A stretch of DNA of 64,000 bases from Octopus vulgaris (GCA_951406725.2 OX597818.1:51956001-52020000), one strand, 5' to 3'; positions 1-13,090 are shown, counted from the stretch's first letter. Numbers and translations are program-made. The notes: generated from the letters alone by a model not told the origin.

Positions 1-2
1 TA

Positions 3-47
<45 letters not shown>

Positions 48-51
<4 letters not shown>

Positions 52-274
52 ATAAAACGGTAAGATAACAAAAGAAAGAAAGAGACCTCAATATTATGTA
101 AATAGAGGAAATTTATCTATACAATATGTTACATTACTCGGTAGTCAAGATAAAACTCTGAGTTTCAGATGCCGAAGTGGAAATCCACAACACCATCTGA
201 TGGTGTTGTGAATTTCCACTTCGGCATCTGAAACTCAGAGTTTTATCTTGACTACCGAGTAATGTAACATATTG

Positions 275-278
<4 letters not shown>
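48..278. mobile_element. Putative Penelope-like element (PLE) terminus ending in an 80-bp-arm palindrome
   Basis: 118-197 and 199-278 are reverse complements (1 mismatch, 1-nt loop); 51-197 recurs at about 4020-4171; embedded in (TA)n. Confidence 0.55.
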
Positions 279-343
<65 letters not shown>

Positions 344-425
344 ATACGTACATACATACATATGATGTACATTATTATAACATAAATATAACACAGACAG
401 ACATGCATACACATACACACACACA

Positions 426-488
<63 letters not shown>

Positions 489-711
489 GTGTGTCATAAT
501 ATTGTGTTTAGGATAAGGTTGATAGATACAAAATAGTATACATGCAATATCTGCTAAGTGGAACATATTATATCCATGAAGAAGTGGATTTCGACTCATT
601 TAATGCAGTATGTAAAATGCATGTGTAATTATAAGTATAAAGTGTGTGTTCACATATATGTATATATATATTTATACATACATACATATATGTACATGCA
701 TATATATATTT

Positions 712-751
<40 letters not shown>

Positions 752-841
752 GCATATACATATTTGTATATACGTGTGTATATATATACATATATGTGTG
801 TATGTGTACAAAAAGAAATATATATTGCTACGTATATATTC

Positions 842-929
<88 letters not shown>

Positions 930-1135
930 AACATAATGCATATACACTATATGGTAATTTGCATTTAGAAATACATATACATATATATAAATATATTGTC
1001 ATTCACACGAATATATATGTATATATATGTGTATACTCACATATACACACATGCATTCAAACATTAACTCTTATATACATTTCGACATCAATCAATTTTT
1101 ATGCATTAATGGTCCTTCTTAACATTTCCAGTTAG

Positions 1136-1175
<40 letters not shown>

Positions 1176-1201
1176 GTAGTACTACTACTAACACCACCAC
1201 C

Positions 1202-1233
<32 letters not shown>

Positions 1234-1307
1234 CTACCCATGTATGTGTTTGTTTCAGAGTGAGTTATAGTACATATATGTATCCACGCATATGCGTGAG
1301 TACATAT

Positions 1308-1366
<59 letters not shown>

Positions 1367-2088
1367 TGTGTATGCGTGTGTGTGCGTCTGTGTGTATGTA
1401 TACAAATGTATTTGCATGCTATTATCTGTAGTTATTTTTGTGTGTGTGTGCTTGCTTCGAGATCCACTTTTCAATACATGCAATTGTTTCACGTTCTCTC
1501 GAAAGTTTATAAATTCTTATGACGTCAGCACACACAGCCTCTCTCTCTCTGTCTCTCTCCCTCCCTCCCTCCCTCTCTCTCTCTCTCATTCTCTCTCTCT
1601 CTCTATCTCTCTCTTACACACACATGCATGCGCGCCGCATTTCGTGTTTTGGTCAAATAACCGATTAAGTCGGCACCATTACTTCTTTAACTAGTTTTAT
1701 GAAACCCGGATCGGTGAAACAGGAAGTTGACCAAGCCAGGATCTGAACTCAAGAACGCATAACACGAGAGCTCTCAGACCTGTCTAGCAATCCACCGCTA
1801 CTATACACATCTCTGCCTCTCTCTCTCTCTCTCTTTCTCGTTCTTTCTTTCTTTCCTTCTGTCTCTATATGTATCTATCGATCGATGTATTTGTCTGTCC
1901 GTCTATCTAAAATATGTGTGTGTGCTTGTTTGTGTTTTTGTGTGTACATACATATATCTATAAATACATCTATACACGTATATACACACTCACGAACACA
2001 TGCACACACACACATACACTTGCACACAGAGATACAAACACAGACACAAAGATGCGTATATCTATAAATACATATCCGAGAGAGAGAG

Positions 2089-2160
<72 letters not shown>

Positions 2161-2251
2161 TGTGTGTGCGTGTGTGTGTCTCAGTCTGTCTGTCTGTCTG
2201 TGTGTCTGTATGTCTGTATGTCTGTTCTATGTCAATATGTATATCCTTTAC

Positions 2252-2497
2252 ACTCTTTTACTCTTTTACGTGTTTCAGTCATTTGACTGCACAGCCATGC
2301 TGGAGCACCAACTTTAGTCGAGTTAATCGACCCCAAAACTTATTCTTTGTAAGCCTAGTACTTGTTCCATCGGCCTCTTTTGCCGAACGGCTAAGTTACG
2401 GGGACATAAACACACCAGCATCGTTTGCCAAGCGATGGTGGGGGGACAAACACAGACACACAAACATATACACCCACACACACACATATATATATAT

Positions 2498-2561
<64 letters not shown>

Positions 2562-2723
2562 GACGGGCTTCTTTCGGTTTCCGTCTACCAAATCCACTCG
2601 CAAGGCTTCGGCCGGCACGAGGCTATAGTAGAACACACTTGCCCAAGGTGCCACGCAGTGGGACTGAACCCGGAACCATGTAGCTGGTAAGCAAGCTGCT
2701 TACCACACAGTCACTCCTGCGCC
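2252..2723 (-). mobile_element. SINE family A (tRNA head, CORE-like domain, internal microsatellite, CR1-like tail)
   Basis: Minus strand: GGCGCAGGAG head, A/B boxes (TGACTGTGTGG, GGTTCAGTCCC), CACCTTGGGCAAGTG core, tail CAGCATGGC..CAGTCAAATGACTGAAAC..(AAAAGAGT)n; about 20 copies in window. Confidence 0.9.
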
Positions 2724-3239
2724 TGTATGTATGTATGTAACGGCGGTAGATATTCTTTATTAGTATCTAGTCTTAACTGTAAACATCTTATCTTACAACA
2801 CAATAAAATATATATTCTGTGACTGCAATCTTCCATGGTTAACGATTAATTTTTCTGCTTTCGTTTAATGGCTACCAACTACAGAACTAACTTTATACCC
2901 TTACATATAAATATTAGAATGTATAACTTTACAGAAATACGTCTCAGAATATCATAACTGCGTACATCGATATGCATTCACTGACGCATGTATATATTTG
3001 AGGACATGTTTGAGGACGTAAGCCTGTACAATATGGAGACATTCGTGTGTGTGTTTATACATGTTGATGTCTATATTTATTATACATATATGTGCAAATA
3101 TGTGTAAATTTATGTTTATGGATGAATATTTTTGTGTATGGTATAACCCTTGATTTTCTGGATTATTACAATTGTTATTTTATCTATCTATCAGTGCGTG
3201 TGTATGTCAATGTGACTGTGTGTGCGTAGTTACACACAC

Positions 3240-3286
<47 letters not shown>

Positions 3287-3287
<1 letters not shown>

Positions 3288-3525
3288 CATTTTGGGGTTT
3301 GGTTTGCAAGATTCTTTATATGAGTTCGTGTGTTGAAGCATATTCTGTTGTGTCTGGGGACAGTCATGTTCTTTTTTGTGCCTTATTATTTAACACACTC
3401 ACCGGTAAAATTTCCACTTATTTCTTATTTTTATTTTCCTAAAATTTTCATTGCGTCTTGCAACCTTTTCAATAGTCTTGACTCTGTCCGTTATTTGCAC
3501 TGCGTTCCTTTTTGTTTGTTTCTGT
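3287..3525 (-). mobile_element. Putative PLE-related fragment with short ORF start (MTVPRHNRICFNTRTHIKESCK)
   Basis: Homologous to 5601-5670 with many synonymous changes; flanked by microsatellites. Confidence 0.4.
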
Positions 3526-3894
3526 GCATGTGTGGGGGTCAGTGTGTGTGTGTGTCCCCCTATGCATGCATGTATGTATGTATGTATGTATGTATGTATG
3601 TATGTATGTATGTATGTATGTATGTATGTGTGTATGTACGTGTGTATGCATGCATGTGTGTGTATGTATACATGTGTGTGTATGCATATGTATATATGAA
3701 GGTATGTGTGTGCATCTGTATGTATGCATTCTGCATATTCATGTGCTTGCATGTCCGTGTTTGTGTATTTTTTATGTATGAGTGTGTGACCGTATGTTTG
3801 TATATGTATGCACCTCTGTCTCCTTGTGTGTGCATGTGTGTGTGTGTGTGTGTTATATAAATAGATAGACAGACAGATAAATATATATATATAT

Positions 3895-3967
<73 letters not shown>

Positions 3968-4019
3968 GAGAGATAGACAGGTAGATAGAGAGATAGACAG
4001 GTAGATATATATATTATTG

Positions 4020-4732
<713 letters not shown>

Positions 4733-5509
4733 TATATATATATACTTACGTACACATTCGTAGTAAAGCCCTTACTCCAAAATCTAAAGTCATGCTTGTT
4801 ATCCTTTCTTTATTCGTCACAGAACACCGACTTCTGTATGTGTGTGTGTGCGCTTGTGCGTGTGTGCATGTGTGCGTGTGTGCATGTGTGCGTGTGTGCA
4901 TGTGTGCATATGTGCGTGTGTGCGTCTTCTAAATATCTATCATTTTTACATTATTATCTAAAATAAGGTTCAGTTAAGAATTATAAACTTTCTCGATTTA
5001 GGTCGGATGTTTTTTTTAATTTATTCATAAGAATATTTCGTTGCTTCTTCCTCATATTTTGTCAACCTTTGGGGAAATATCTGTACAAAAATAAAGCTTT
5101 GGAGTAAAGTAAAGTTGTGTGTCTGCCATATGATTGTCCCTTATTTATTTCTATACAGCCATGTTGACTGTGAATATGTGTGTGTCTGGACCCGTCCATG
5201 TCTGTATGTGAGTGTATACATACATATATGTATGTGTGTTTGTGTGTGAGTGTGTATGTGCATATATTTTGTTTATACTTGTTTCAGTAATTTAATTGCG
5301 GCCATGCTTGGGCATACACACACACACATAAATATTTACAAGCAGGTATGTATGTATGTATGTATGTATGTATGTATGTATGTATGTATGTATGTATGTA
5401 TGTATGTTTGTGTGTACGTATGTATGTATGTATGTATGTATGTATGTATGTATGTATGTATGTAGGTATGTATGTATGAATATATATATATATTTGTGAG
5501 TGTGTGTAA

Positions 5510-5555
<46 letters not shown>

Positions 5556-5600
5556 ATATATATATTTATGTGAATATATACATATATATACGTTTATATA

Positions 5601-5915
5601 TTTGTTTTGCAAGATTCTTGATGTGAAATCGTGTGTTGAAACAGATATTGTTGTATTTAGGAATGGTCATGCTACCAGTTTAGCCAATAAAAACACACGC
5701 ACTATATATTTGGTGTTAATTTGCTTCAGCTTTATTTATTTTTTACATTAATCTTAATCTTATTCTTTTTTTATATCTTAGATTAAGATTAAGATTAGAT
5801 TTTATCTAAGATTAAGATTAATGTAAAAAATAAATATAGCTGATGCAAATTAACACCAAATATATAGTGCGTGTGTTTTTATTGGCTAAACTGGCAACAT
5901 GACCATTCCTAAATG

Positions 5916-5920
<5 letters not shown>
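5601..5920. mobile_element. Inverted-repeat insert (arms about 5649-5760 and 5808-5920) in TA microsatellite
   Basis: About 110-bp arms, reverse complementary with few mismatches; related to 3287-3370. Confidence 0.55.
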
Positions 5921-5976
<56 letters not shown>

Positions 5977-5990
5977 TATTTATATATGTT

Positions 5991-6033
<43 letters not shown>

Positions 6034-6151
6034 GTATATATATATATATATTTTATATGTATATATTTACGTATATATATATATGTGTGTATATATATAT
6101 TTATGTATATATATATATTTATATATATATACATGTTTATATATATGCATG

Positions 6152-6182
<31 letters not shown>

Positions 6183-6259
6183 GTGTATTTATATATATGA
6201 ATGTATCTATGTATGTATATATACATATATTTAATATGTATATATAGATATTTTTTATA

Positions 6260-6303
<44 letters not shown>

Positions 6304-6322
6304 TAGATAGATATTTTTTATA

Positions 6323-6356
<34 letters not shown>

Positions 6357-6597
6357 TGTATGTATCTATGTATGTATGGATGCATGTATATATTTGTGTA
6401 TATATATATAATATAAATGTTCATTTATATTATAGATAAAAATAGAATTCCTGAATGCACAAACCGCAACCATTGACATTAGCACTCCGGATTTACAGCA
6501 TACATGCACACATTCCATAGGCATATATACACAAACATACAAACACTAATATATGTGAGTGTAAGTCTGTATGTATATAAATGTTTATTTTCTTCTC

Positions 6598-6657
<60 letters not shown>

Positions 6658-6849
6658 CCTGTCTGTCTGTCTGTCTTTGTACCTATCTGTCTATATGTAC
6701 AGTTATGTATGTATGTATGTTTGTGTGTGTATGTGTATGATAATACATGTAAACATATACAAACACAAACATATTGACAGATAGCGAGGAAACAGAAATG
6801 GTCGGTGAGGGATTGATAGAGAGGCAGATAGGAAGATAGATAGATGGAT

Positions 6850-7195
6850 AAACTGATCGATAACTATGGGATTCTAAATACGCATAATTACTATAACCGT
6901 AATGTAACATCGTCTGTTTTTCCGTCCTTGTTTTCGTATACATTCGATGCTTTTTTCCAAGAAATCTAATACTCTTAGCTTAGTTTTTCCTTGGGACTGG
7001 CCAGATTGAAGCAATCTCAAGATTAATCAGCTGAAATTGCGAGGATGATCCGACTCTTAAACTGAGGATAAAAGGCTTCAAATGACCCGTCCTTGTTTTT
7101 TTGTATCGTCTATCTGGATATTTTGTTGTCCCTTTTTGTATCACCTAGTTGTCCGGATGTTTTGCGTTCTTGTCCCATTTTGTATTTTTTTATAC
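6850..7195 (+). mobile_element. Repeat family carrying a permuted hammerhead-like motif (putative PLE terminus)
   Basis: Reverse-complement homologue at 8543-8756, partial at 56010-56125, diverged relative at 42700-42950. Confidence 0.55.
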
Positions 7196-7197
7196 AC

Positions 7198-7355
7198 GGA
7201 GTGGCTGTGTGGTGAGTAGCTTGCTAACCAACCACATGGTTCCGGTTCAGTCCCACTGCGTGGCATCTTGGGCAAGTGTCTTCTGCTATAGCCCCGGGCC
7301 GACCAATGCCTTGTGAGTGGATTTGGTAGACGGAAACTGAAAGAAGCCTGTCGTA

Positions 7356-7398
<43 letters not shown>

Positions 7399-7645
7399 GT
7401 GTGTGTGTGTATTTGTGTGTCTGTGTTTGTGTGTCTGTGTTTGTCCCCCTAGCATTGCTTGACAACCAATGCTGGTGTGTTTACGTCCCCGTCACTTAGC
7501 GGTTCAGCAAAAGAGACCGATAGAATAAGCACTGGGCTTACAAAGAATAAGTCTCGGGGTCGATTTGCTCGACTAAATGCAGTGCTCCAGCATGGCCGCA
7601 GTCAAAATGACTGAAACAAGTAAAAAGAGTAAAAGAGTAAAGAGT
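7198..7645 (+). mobile_element. SINE family A
   Basis: Near full-length match to the other family A copies. Confidence 0.9.
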
Positions 7646-7813
7646 ATATGGTGGCGAAAGCATACACGTTACTCTTCATATTTTGAAATGACTTAACTGA
7701 AGAAGACATTGTATAAGAAATGATTTCTTTTTCTCTCTTGTATAATTATCTGAAACACGTGTATCAAATATATATTTGGTTTGACTTTATTACTATATGT
7801 TATATGTGTGTTT

Positions 7814-7870
<57 letters not shown>

Positions 7871-7877
7871 CGCGTCT

Positions 7878-8262
7878 GTATGCTGACAATTTTTCTGCAA
7901 TTTAAGGACATTATGCTGTTCATGCTGTTCATGCATTTAAGAATAAATTATCTCCATTTCTGTATACCTGAAAACATCTCAACAATTCCTACAATGCAAA
8001 CTTTGTTTACAATATATCGTAATTTGAATTTCACATATCGCATCTATAAAAAAGCTAAGTTTATAAGTTCAAAAATTGCAGAAAAATTTGTCACCGAGTA
8101 GTTTAGCTTATAGGTAAAGCACTTGACCGGTAATCACAGAGATGCGAGTTTGCGTCTCATGGTTCACCGCTGACAAATTTTTCTACAATATAAGGATATT
8201 ATCCTATTCACGCTGTCCATGCATTCTTCTGCGCTTGAGAATAAATTATCTTCATTTTTGCA
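7878..8262. repeat. Repeat with direct duplication (7878-7965 vs 8168-8262) and a tRNA-like sequence between 22-bp inverted repeats
   Basis: ATTGCAGAAAAATTTGTCACCG (8075-8096) / CGCTGACAAATTTTTCTACAAT (8168-8189) flank a decayed cloverleaf-like segment. Confidence 0.5.
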
Positions 8263-8282
8263 TGTATATGTGTGTTTAATGA

Positions 8283-8465
8283 TAGATCGCTAGCCACTAA
8301 TCATTTATTATTTTCTCTCCCTGTTTATTTCTGTGTTCCTTTCTGTCGAAGAGCGTAGGCTCGAAACGTAAAAGACGTTCTCACTTCCCGAGCGTTAAAC
8401 TAATACACCTGTTTGTTGCTTACACACCCGTCTTCGTCTCTTTTTTTTTTGTAAATTCTCACTAT
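8283..8465 (+). mobile_element. Putative PLE terminus with minimal hammerhead-like motif (8339-8374)
   Basis: CTTT-CTGTCGA-A-GAGC-GTAG-GCTC-GAAAC-GTA-AAAG; homologue on minus strand at 16765-16960. Confidence 0.6.
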
Positions 8466-8466
8466 G

Positions 8467-8542
<76 letters not shown>

Positions 8543-8549
<7 letters not shown>

Positions 8550-8755
8550 CAAAATGGGACAAGAACGCAAAACATCCGGACAGTTAGGTGATACAAAAAG
8601 GGACAACAAAACATCCAGAAAGACGATACAAAGAAAGCAAGGCCGGGTCATTCGAAGTTTTCTTTCCTCAGTCAAGCACCAGATTATCCTCGCAATTTCG
8701 GCTGATTATTTTTGATGATTGCTCCAACATGGTCATCCCCAAGGAAAAACTAAGC

Positions 8756-8756
<1 letters not shown>
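8543..8756 (-). mobile_element. Second copy of the permuted-hammerhead repeat family
   Basis: Reverse complement of about 6975-7190; inserted in (TG)n/(TA)n. Confidence 0.6.
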
Positions 8757-8825
<69 letters not shown>

Positions 8826-9661
8826 TGGACTCTGTCTTCGATTGTGACGTACGAACCTCCAACTGCATTAAATTAGCATTTGAAGTGGTTGAGTATTCCG
8901 TAGATACTGTCATTAATGCGATTCTAAAGCAAAATGTTTTTGACGTAGTGAGTCATCTCCGAACTTTTGAATTATAACTATACTCCATTCGATGGGATTC
9001 TACACAGTTTCCGTGTACCCGAAGAAACTTGGGCGTGCCCCGAACTGTGGTATTTGAATCCCTCACCGGACCTCATGCCTTTGAACTGAAATTCTTAACT
9101 ACTCAAACATGCGTGCCTAAGATACATACATACATACACACACATACGCACACATGCATGCATGCTTGCAAAAACACATGGTAGTTGTCAACTCGTAGAC
9201 GAGTGTGACTATCACTGACAAATTAACATCTTATCCTAAATGTTAAAGGCAGTGGTTGTCAGTTTGTCCATGCTGAAATTTAACTTCAGTAAAAGCTTGC
9301 ACAACACTGCTAAGACTCTAGTCTACAATGCCAAATAGTCCGGTAACAAGCAGGAGCAAGGTCTCCGCGTTTGCAATCAATGAATTGTCTGTCATTTCGG
9401 AACTTCCTCTTCCTAGACAGATATCTAAACAAAGACCGGGGGTCCCTCCACTTCAAACAGGCCATTGGCTCAACTGAATTGATCATGTTTTAGACAGGTT
9501 TTGCTTTTCTTCTTGTAGGGTGTCCAATGAAAACCATCCACCTTACCAAGCAGGTTTGATAGGGTTGTTGGTTTGGTTGCTAAGGGGCCCGACCATACGA
9601 CAGGTTGTACTTGATTACATGTTATCAATAGTACTAAGAGTGGTATGTACTATACACTATT

Positions 9662-9895
9662 AAGGCGACGAACTGGCAGAGACGTTAGCATTGCGGTCAA
9701 AATGCTTAGTGGTATTTCGTCCGCCGTTTCGTTCTGAGTTCAAATTCCGCCGAGGTTGACTTTGCCTTTCATCCTTTCGGGGTCGATAAATTAAGTACCA
9801 AGTTACGCACTGGCGTCGATATAATCGACTTAATCCGTTTGTCTGTCCTTGTTTGTACCCTCTGTGTTTAGCCATTTGTGGGTAGTAAAGAAATA
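9662..9895 (+). mobile_element. SINE family B (tRNA-like head, central GCCTTTCATCCTTTCGGGGTCGATAAATTAAGTACCAG domain)
   Basis: A box-like TGGCAGAGACGTTA, B box GAGTTCAAATTCC, tail GTGGGTAGTAAAGAAATA; many copies in window. Confidence 0.85.
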
Positions 9896-9979
9896 AATTG
9901 GTGTGTCCAATACATACATCCATCCATCCATCCATCCATACATACATACATACATACATACATACATACATACATACAT

Positions 9980-10136
9980 AGTGGCTGTGTTGTAAGTAGC
10001 TTGCTTACGAACCACATGGTTTCGGGTTCAGTCCCAATACGTGGCACCTTGGGCAAGTGTCTTCTACTATAGCATCGGGCCGACCAATGCCTTGTGAGTG
10101 GATTTGGTAGACGGAAACTGATAGAAGCCCATTGTA

Positions 10137-10231
<95 letters not shown>

Positions 10232-10440
10232 TTGTGAGTCTGTGTTTGTCCCCCCCAACATGACTTGACAACCGATGCTGGTGTGTTTACGTCCCCGTAA
10301 CTTAGGGGTTCGGCAAAAGAGTCCGATAGAATAAGTACTAGGCTTACAAAGAATAAGCCCTGGGGTCGATTGCTCGACTAAAGGCGGTGCTCCAGCATGG
10401 CCACAGTCAAATGACTGAAACAAGTAAAAGAGTAAAGAAT
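9980..10440 (+). mobile_element. SINE family A
   Basis: Match to family A with internal (TA)n(TG)n. Confidence 0.9.
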
Positions 10441-10854
10441 AAACATACATACATAGAGTTAGACAGACAGACAGACAGACAGAAAACACACACATGTATA
10501 CAAATGCATATTTACGAATGTTGCGTTATGTTAGCGAAACAGAGAATATTTATTGTATATCAAAATGGAATCCTTTTAACTGTGACTCGAATTTTGTGTC
10601 ACTAGAGACTTCGATCATAAACTCTGTTCTTCGCATATTAATACTAGCTTTATAGACACTGTATCTATTTTTTTTTTATACTATGTTTAGCATTTTTATT
10701 TGTTGGTTGCTAATGATATTCAACTTGCATGTTTTTCTACGGTTGTTGTTGTTTCACTCGTCAGTTCGTTGGTAGATCTATTTTTTCATTCTTTGACTAC
10801 TTGTTTGACAATTTTCTTTCAGATCTTGTTATCCTGTAATCGTTTTTAATTGTA

Positions 10855-11076
10855 TACTCTTTTACTCTTTTACTCTTTTACTTGTTTCAGTCATTTGACT
10901 GCGGCCATGCTGGAGCACCGCCTTTAGTCGAGCAAATCGACCCCGGGACTTATTCTTTGTAAGCCCAGTACTTATTCTATCGGTCTCTTTTTGCCGAACC
11001 GCTAAGTGACGGGGATGTAAACACACCAGCATCAGTTGTCAAGCAATGCTAGGGGGACAAACACAGACAGACACAA

Positions 11077-11109
<33 letters not shown>

Positions 11110-11275
11110 CATATATACGACAGGCTTCTTTCAGTTTCCGTCTACCAAATCCACTCACAAGGCATTGGTCGGCCCGGGGCTATAGCAGAAGACACTTGCC
11201 CAAGATGCCACGCAGTGGGACTGAACTCGGAACCATGAGGTTGGTTAGCAAGCTACTTACCACACAGCCACTCCT
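10855..11275 (-). mobile_element. SINE family A
   Basis: Match to family A; (AAAAGAGT)n tail. Confidence 0.9.
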
Positions 11276-11827
11276 TGGTTTATCTTTCTCATTTCCAATT
11301 CTGTTGTTTGCTCTCACTGTTTTTCTATTACGTAACCACATCCAATTTATGCGAATTATGTTTTTCCCTTCTGTTTGTAGATGTTCTTTAGTTGACTGCT
11401 GATTACGTTTTTCATATCTTGTTCTGTTAGAGTTATCTCTTGGTAATTCGTATCTGAAATCACTAAAGGCATTCTTGAAGTTCTTTTTTGAGAAGTATAT
11501 ATGGCATGTCTCGAAACTATTGTTCTTTTCTGTGAGTTAATTTCTCTGTAGTGTCGTTGATATTGGGTCAGATCGCATACACAGACATATATGTATATGT
11601 GATTGTATGTTTGTGTATGTGCATGTGCGGCTGTGTTTGTATCTTTTATTGATATATATCGGCATAAAAGCTATAAACACCAACGATAAAACGGATTGAC
11701 TGATACCTTCAAAACAAAAACAAAAAAAAGAAAAAAGGGAGAGAGAGAAAGGGAAAAAGAGAAAATGAAAGAGAACATTGTGATATTTTTGACGAAAGCG
11801 TTGACTGATTGCTAATCTTTCTCCTTA

Positions 11828-12219
11828 TCTCTCTCTATATAAAGCTGAAGTTGTCTGTGTATGGCAGGTTTGGTAGCCTTCAACTAACACTATCTCCTCC
11901 GAAACCCTGCGGCGCAAGTTGACCAAAATTGAGAGTATGATAGAAGAAGGCTTGTTCTTCATTCCGTAGAAGAAAAAATTCAAATCAGACCATGTTAACA
12001 CCAAAAATTATTTACATAAAAAAGGTGCTTTTTTTCTATGAAAATCCCTATTTTTTACGATTTTTTTACTGCTGTGTCGCCATTTTTCGGTGTATTCCAA
12101 CCAGAAAAATGTTCACTTAAAGGGGATAACAAGCTACATGATGCAAAATTTTTACTTTTCAAAAATTCCAATTCTAAAGGGTTGAAACAAACCCGAGCAA
12201 CGCCGGGCAATACTGCTAG
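11828..12219 (+). mobile_element. Non-autonomous Helitron
   Basis: 5' TC..TATATAAAGCTGAAG start after A; 3' hairpin CCCGAGCAACGCCGGG followed by CTAG then T; no TSD. Confidence 0.75.
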
Positions 12220-12347
12220 TATTATCTAAAACCTATTTTAACAACTCATCCAAAAACTGATGCCACTCCTGTTCCATGACAGAAATTGGAACCACCAAGC
12301 AAAAGTTTTGACACTTAACTCGGTTTCTACATGTATGTATGTATTAA

Positions 12348-12905
12348 ACCCCCCCAAAAAAAGAGGTATAAGGACTTGCTGAAGGCTTCTTAAGAGATGC
12401 TTGCATCTCTCCCGACACATGGGAGGACATAGCTATTGATCGTAGCAGGTGGAGAAGGATTGTGCATGAGGGGACAGCCACATTTCAGAAATCTCGAGTT
12501 GCACATGAGAAAGTAAGGATGGATGTCAGGAAGGGCATCGCTGTTACACTTCCAGATGGGAAGGGTCTTACTATGATGCTGACATGCAGTGTCTGTGCAA
12601 GATCCTGCCTCAGTAAAGCTGGACTCAAGAGTCATCTTCGTAGTCATAAAGCGAGACAGATGAGTGACAACATGGCCACTGGTGGTGGTGTTACACACCA
12701 TACTAATCATATCTGCCAGGCATGTGGAAGATAGTGTAATTCGGCAGGAGGACTTAAACGACATGCAAAGGTACATGAAACCCAGTTACAACTACAGCCG
12801 GCTATTACCAGTTAAGGTTTTAGCTGCCAATTCTGTACAAGACATTGTAGACCTTTAGCCGGGCTAAAAAGTCACATTCGATCACAGCACCAATAACACC
12901 TAAGC
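12348..12905 (+). pseudogene. RTE-clade LINE ORF2 C-terminus with three C2H2 zinc fingers (5'-truncated, disrupted)
   Basis: KRYKDLLK..WEDIAIDRSRWRRIVHEG..F motif, then CSVCARSCLSKAGLKSHLRSH, CQACGR*CNSAGGLKRHAKVH, CQFCTRHCRPLAGLKSHIRSQH. Confidence 0.8.
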
Positions 12906-12929
12906 TTCGTGCAACTTATGAAGGAAAGA

Positions 12930-13003
12930 AAACAAACCAGCATCGGTTATCAAGCAGTGGTGGGAACAAAGACACACATATACACACACCTATACACACA
13001 CAT

Positions 13004-13038
<35 letters not shown>

Positions 13039-13045
13039 CACATAC

Positions 13046-13090
<45 letters not shown>

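Noticed and set aside
7141-7455. Recurrent ORFs such as RASFSFRLPNPLTR..SRRHLPK and YRPRKDERQSRPRRNLNSER
   Set aside because: Antisense translations of SINE A and SINE B, not a gene family
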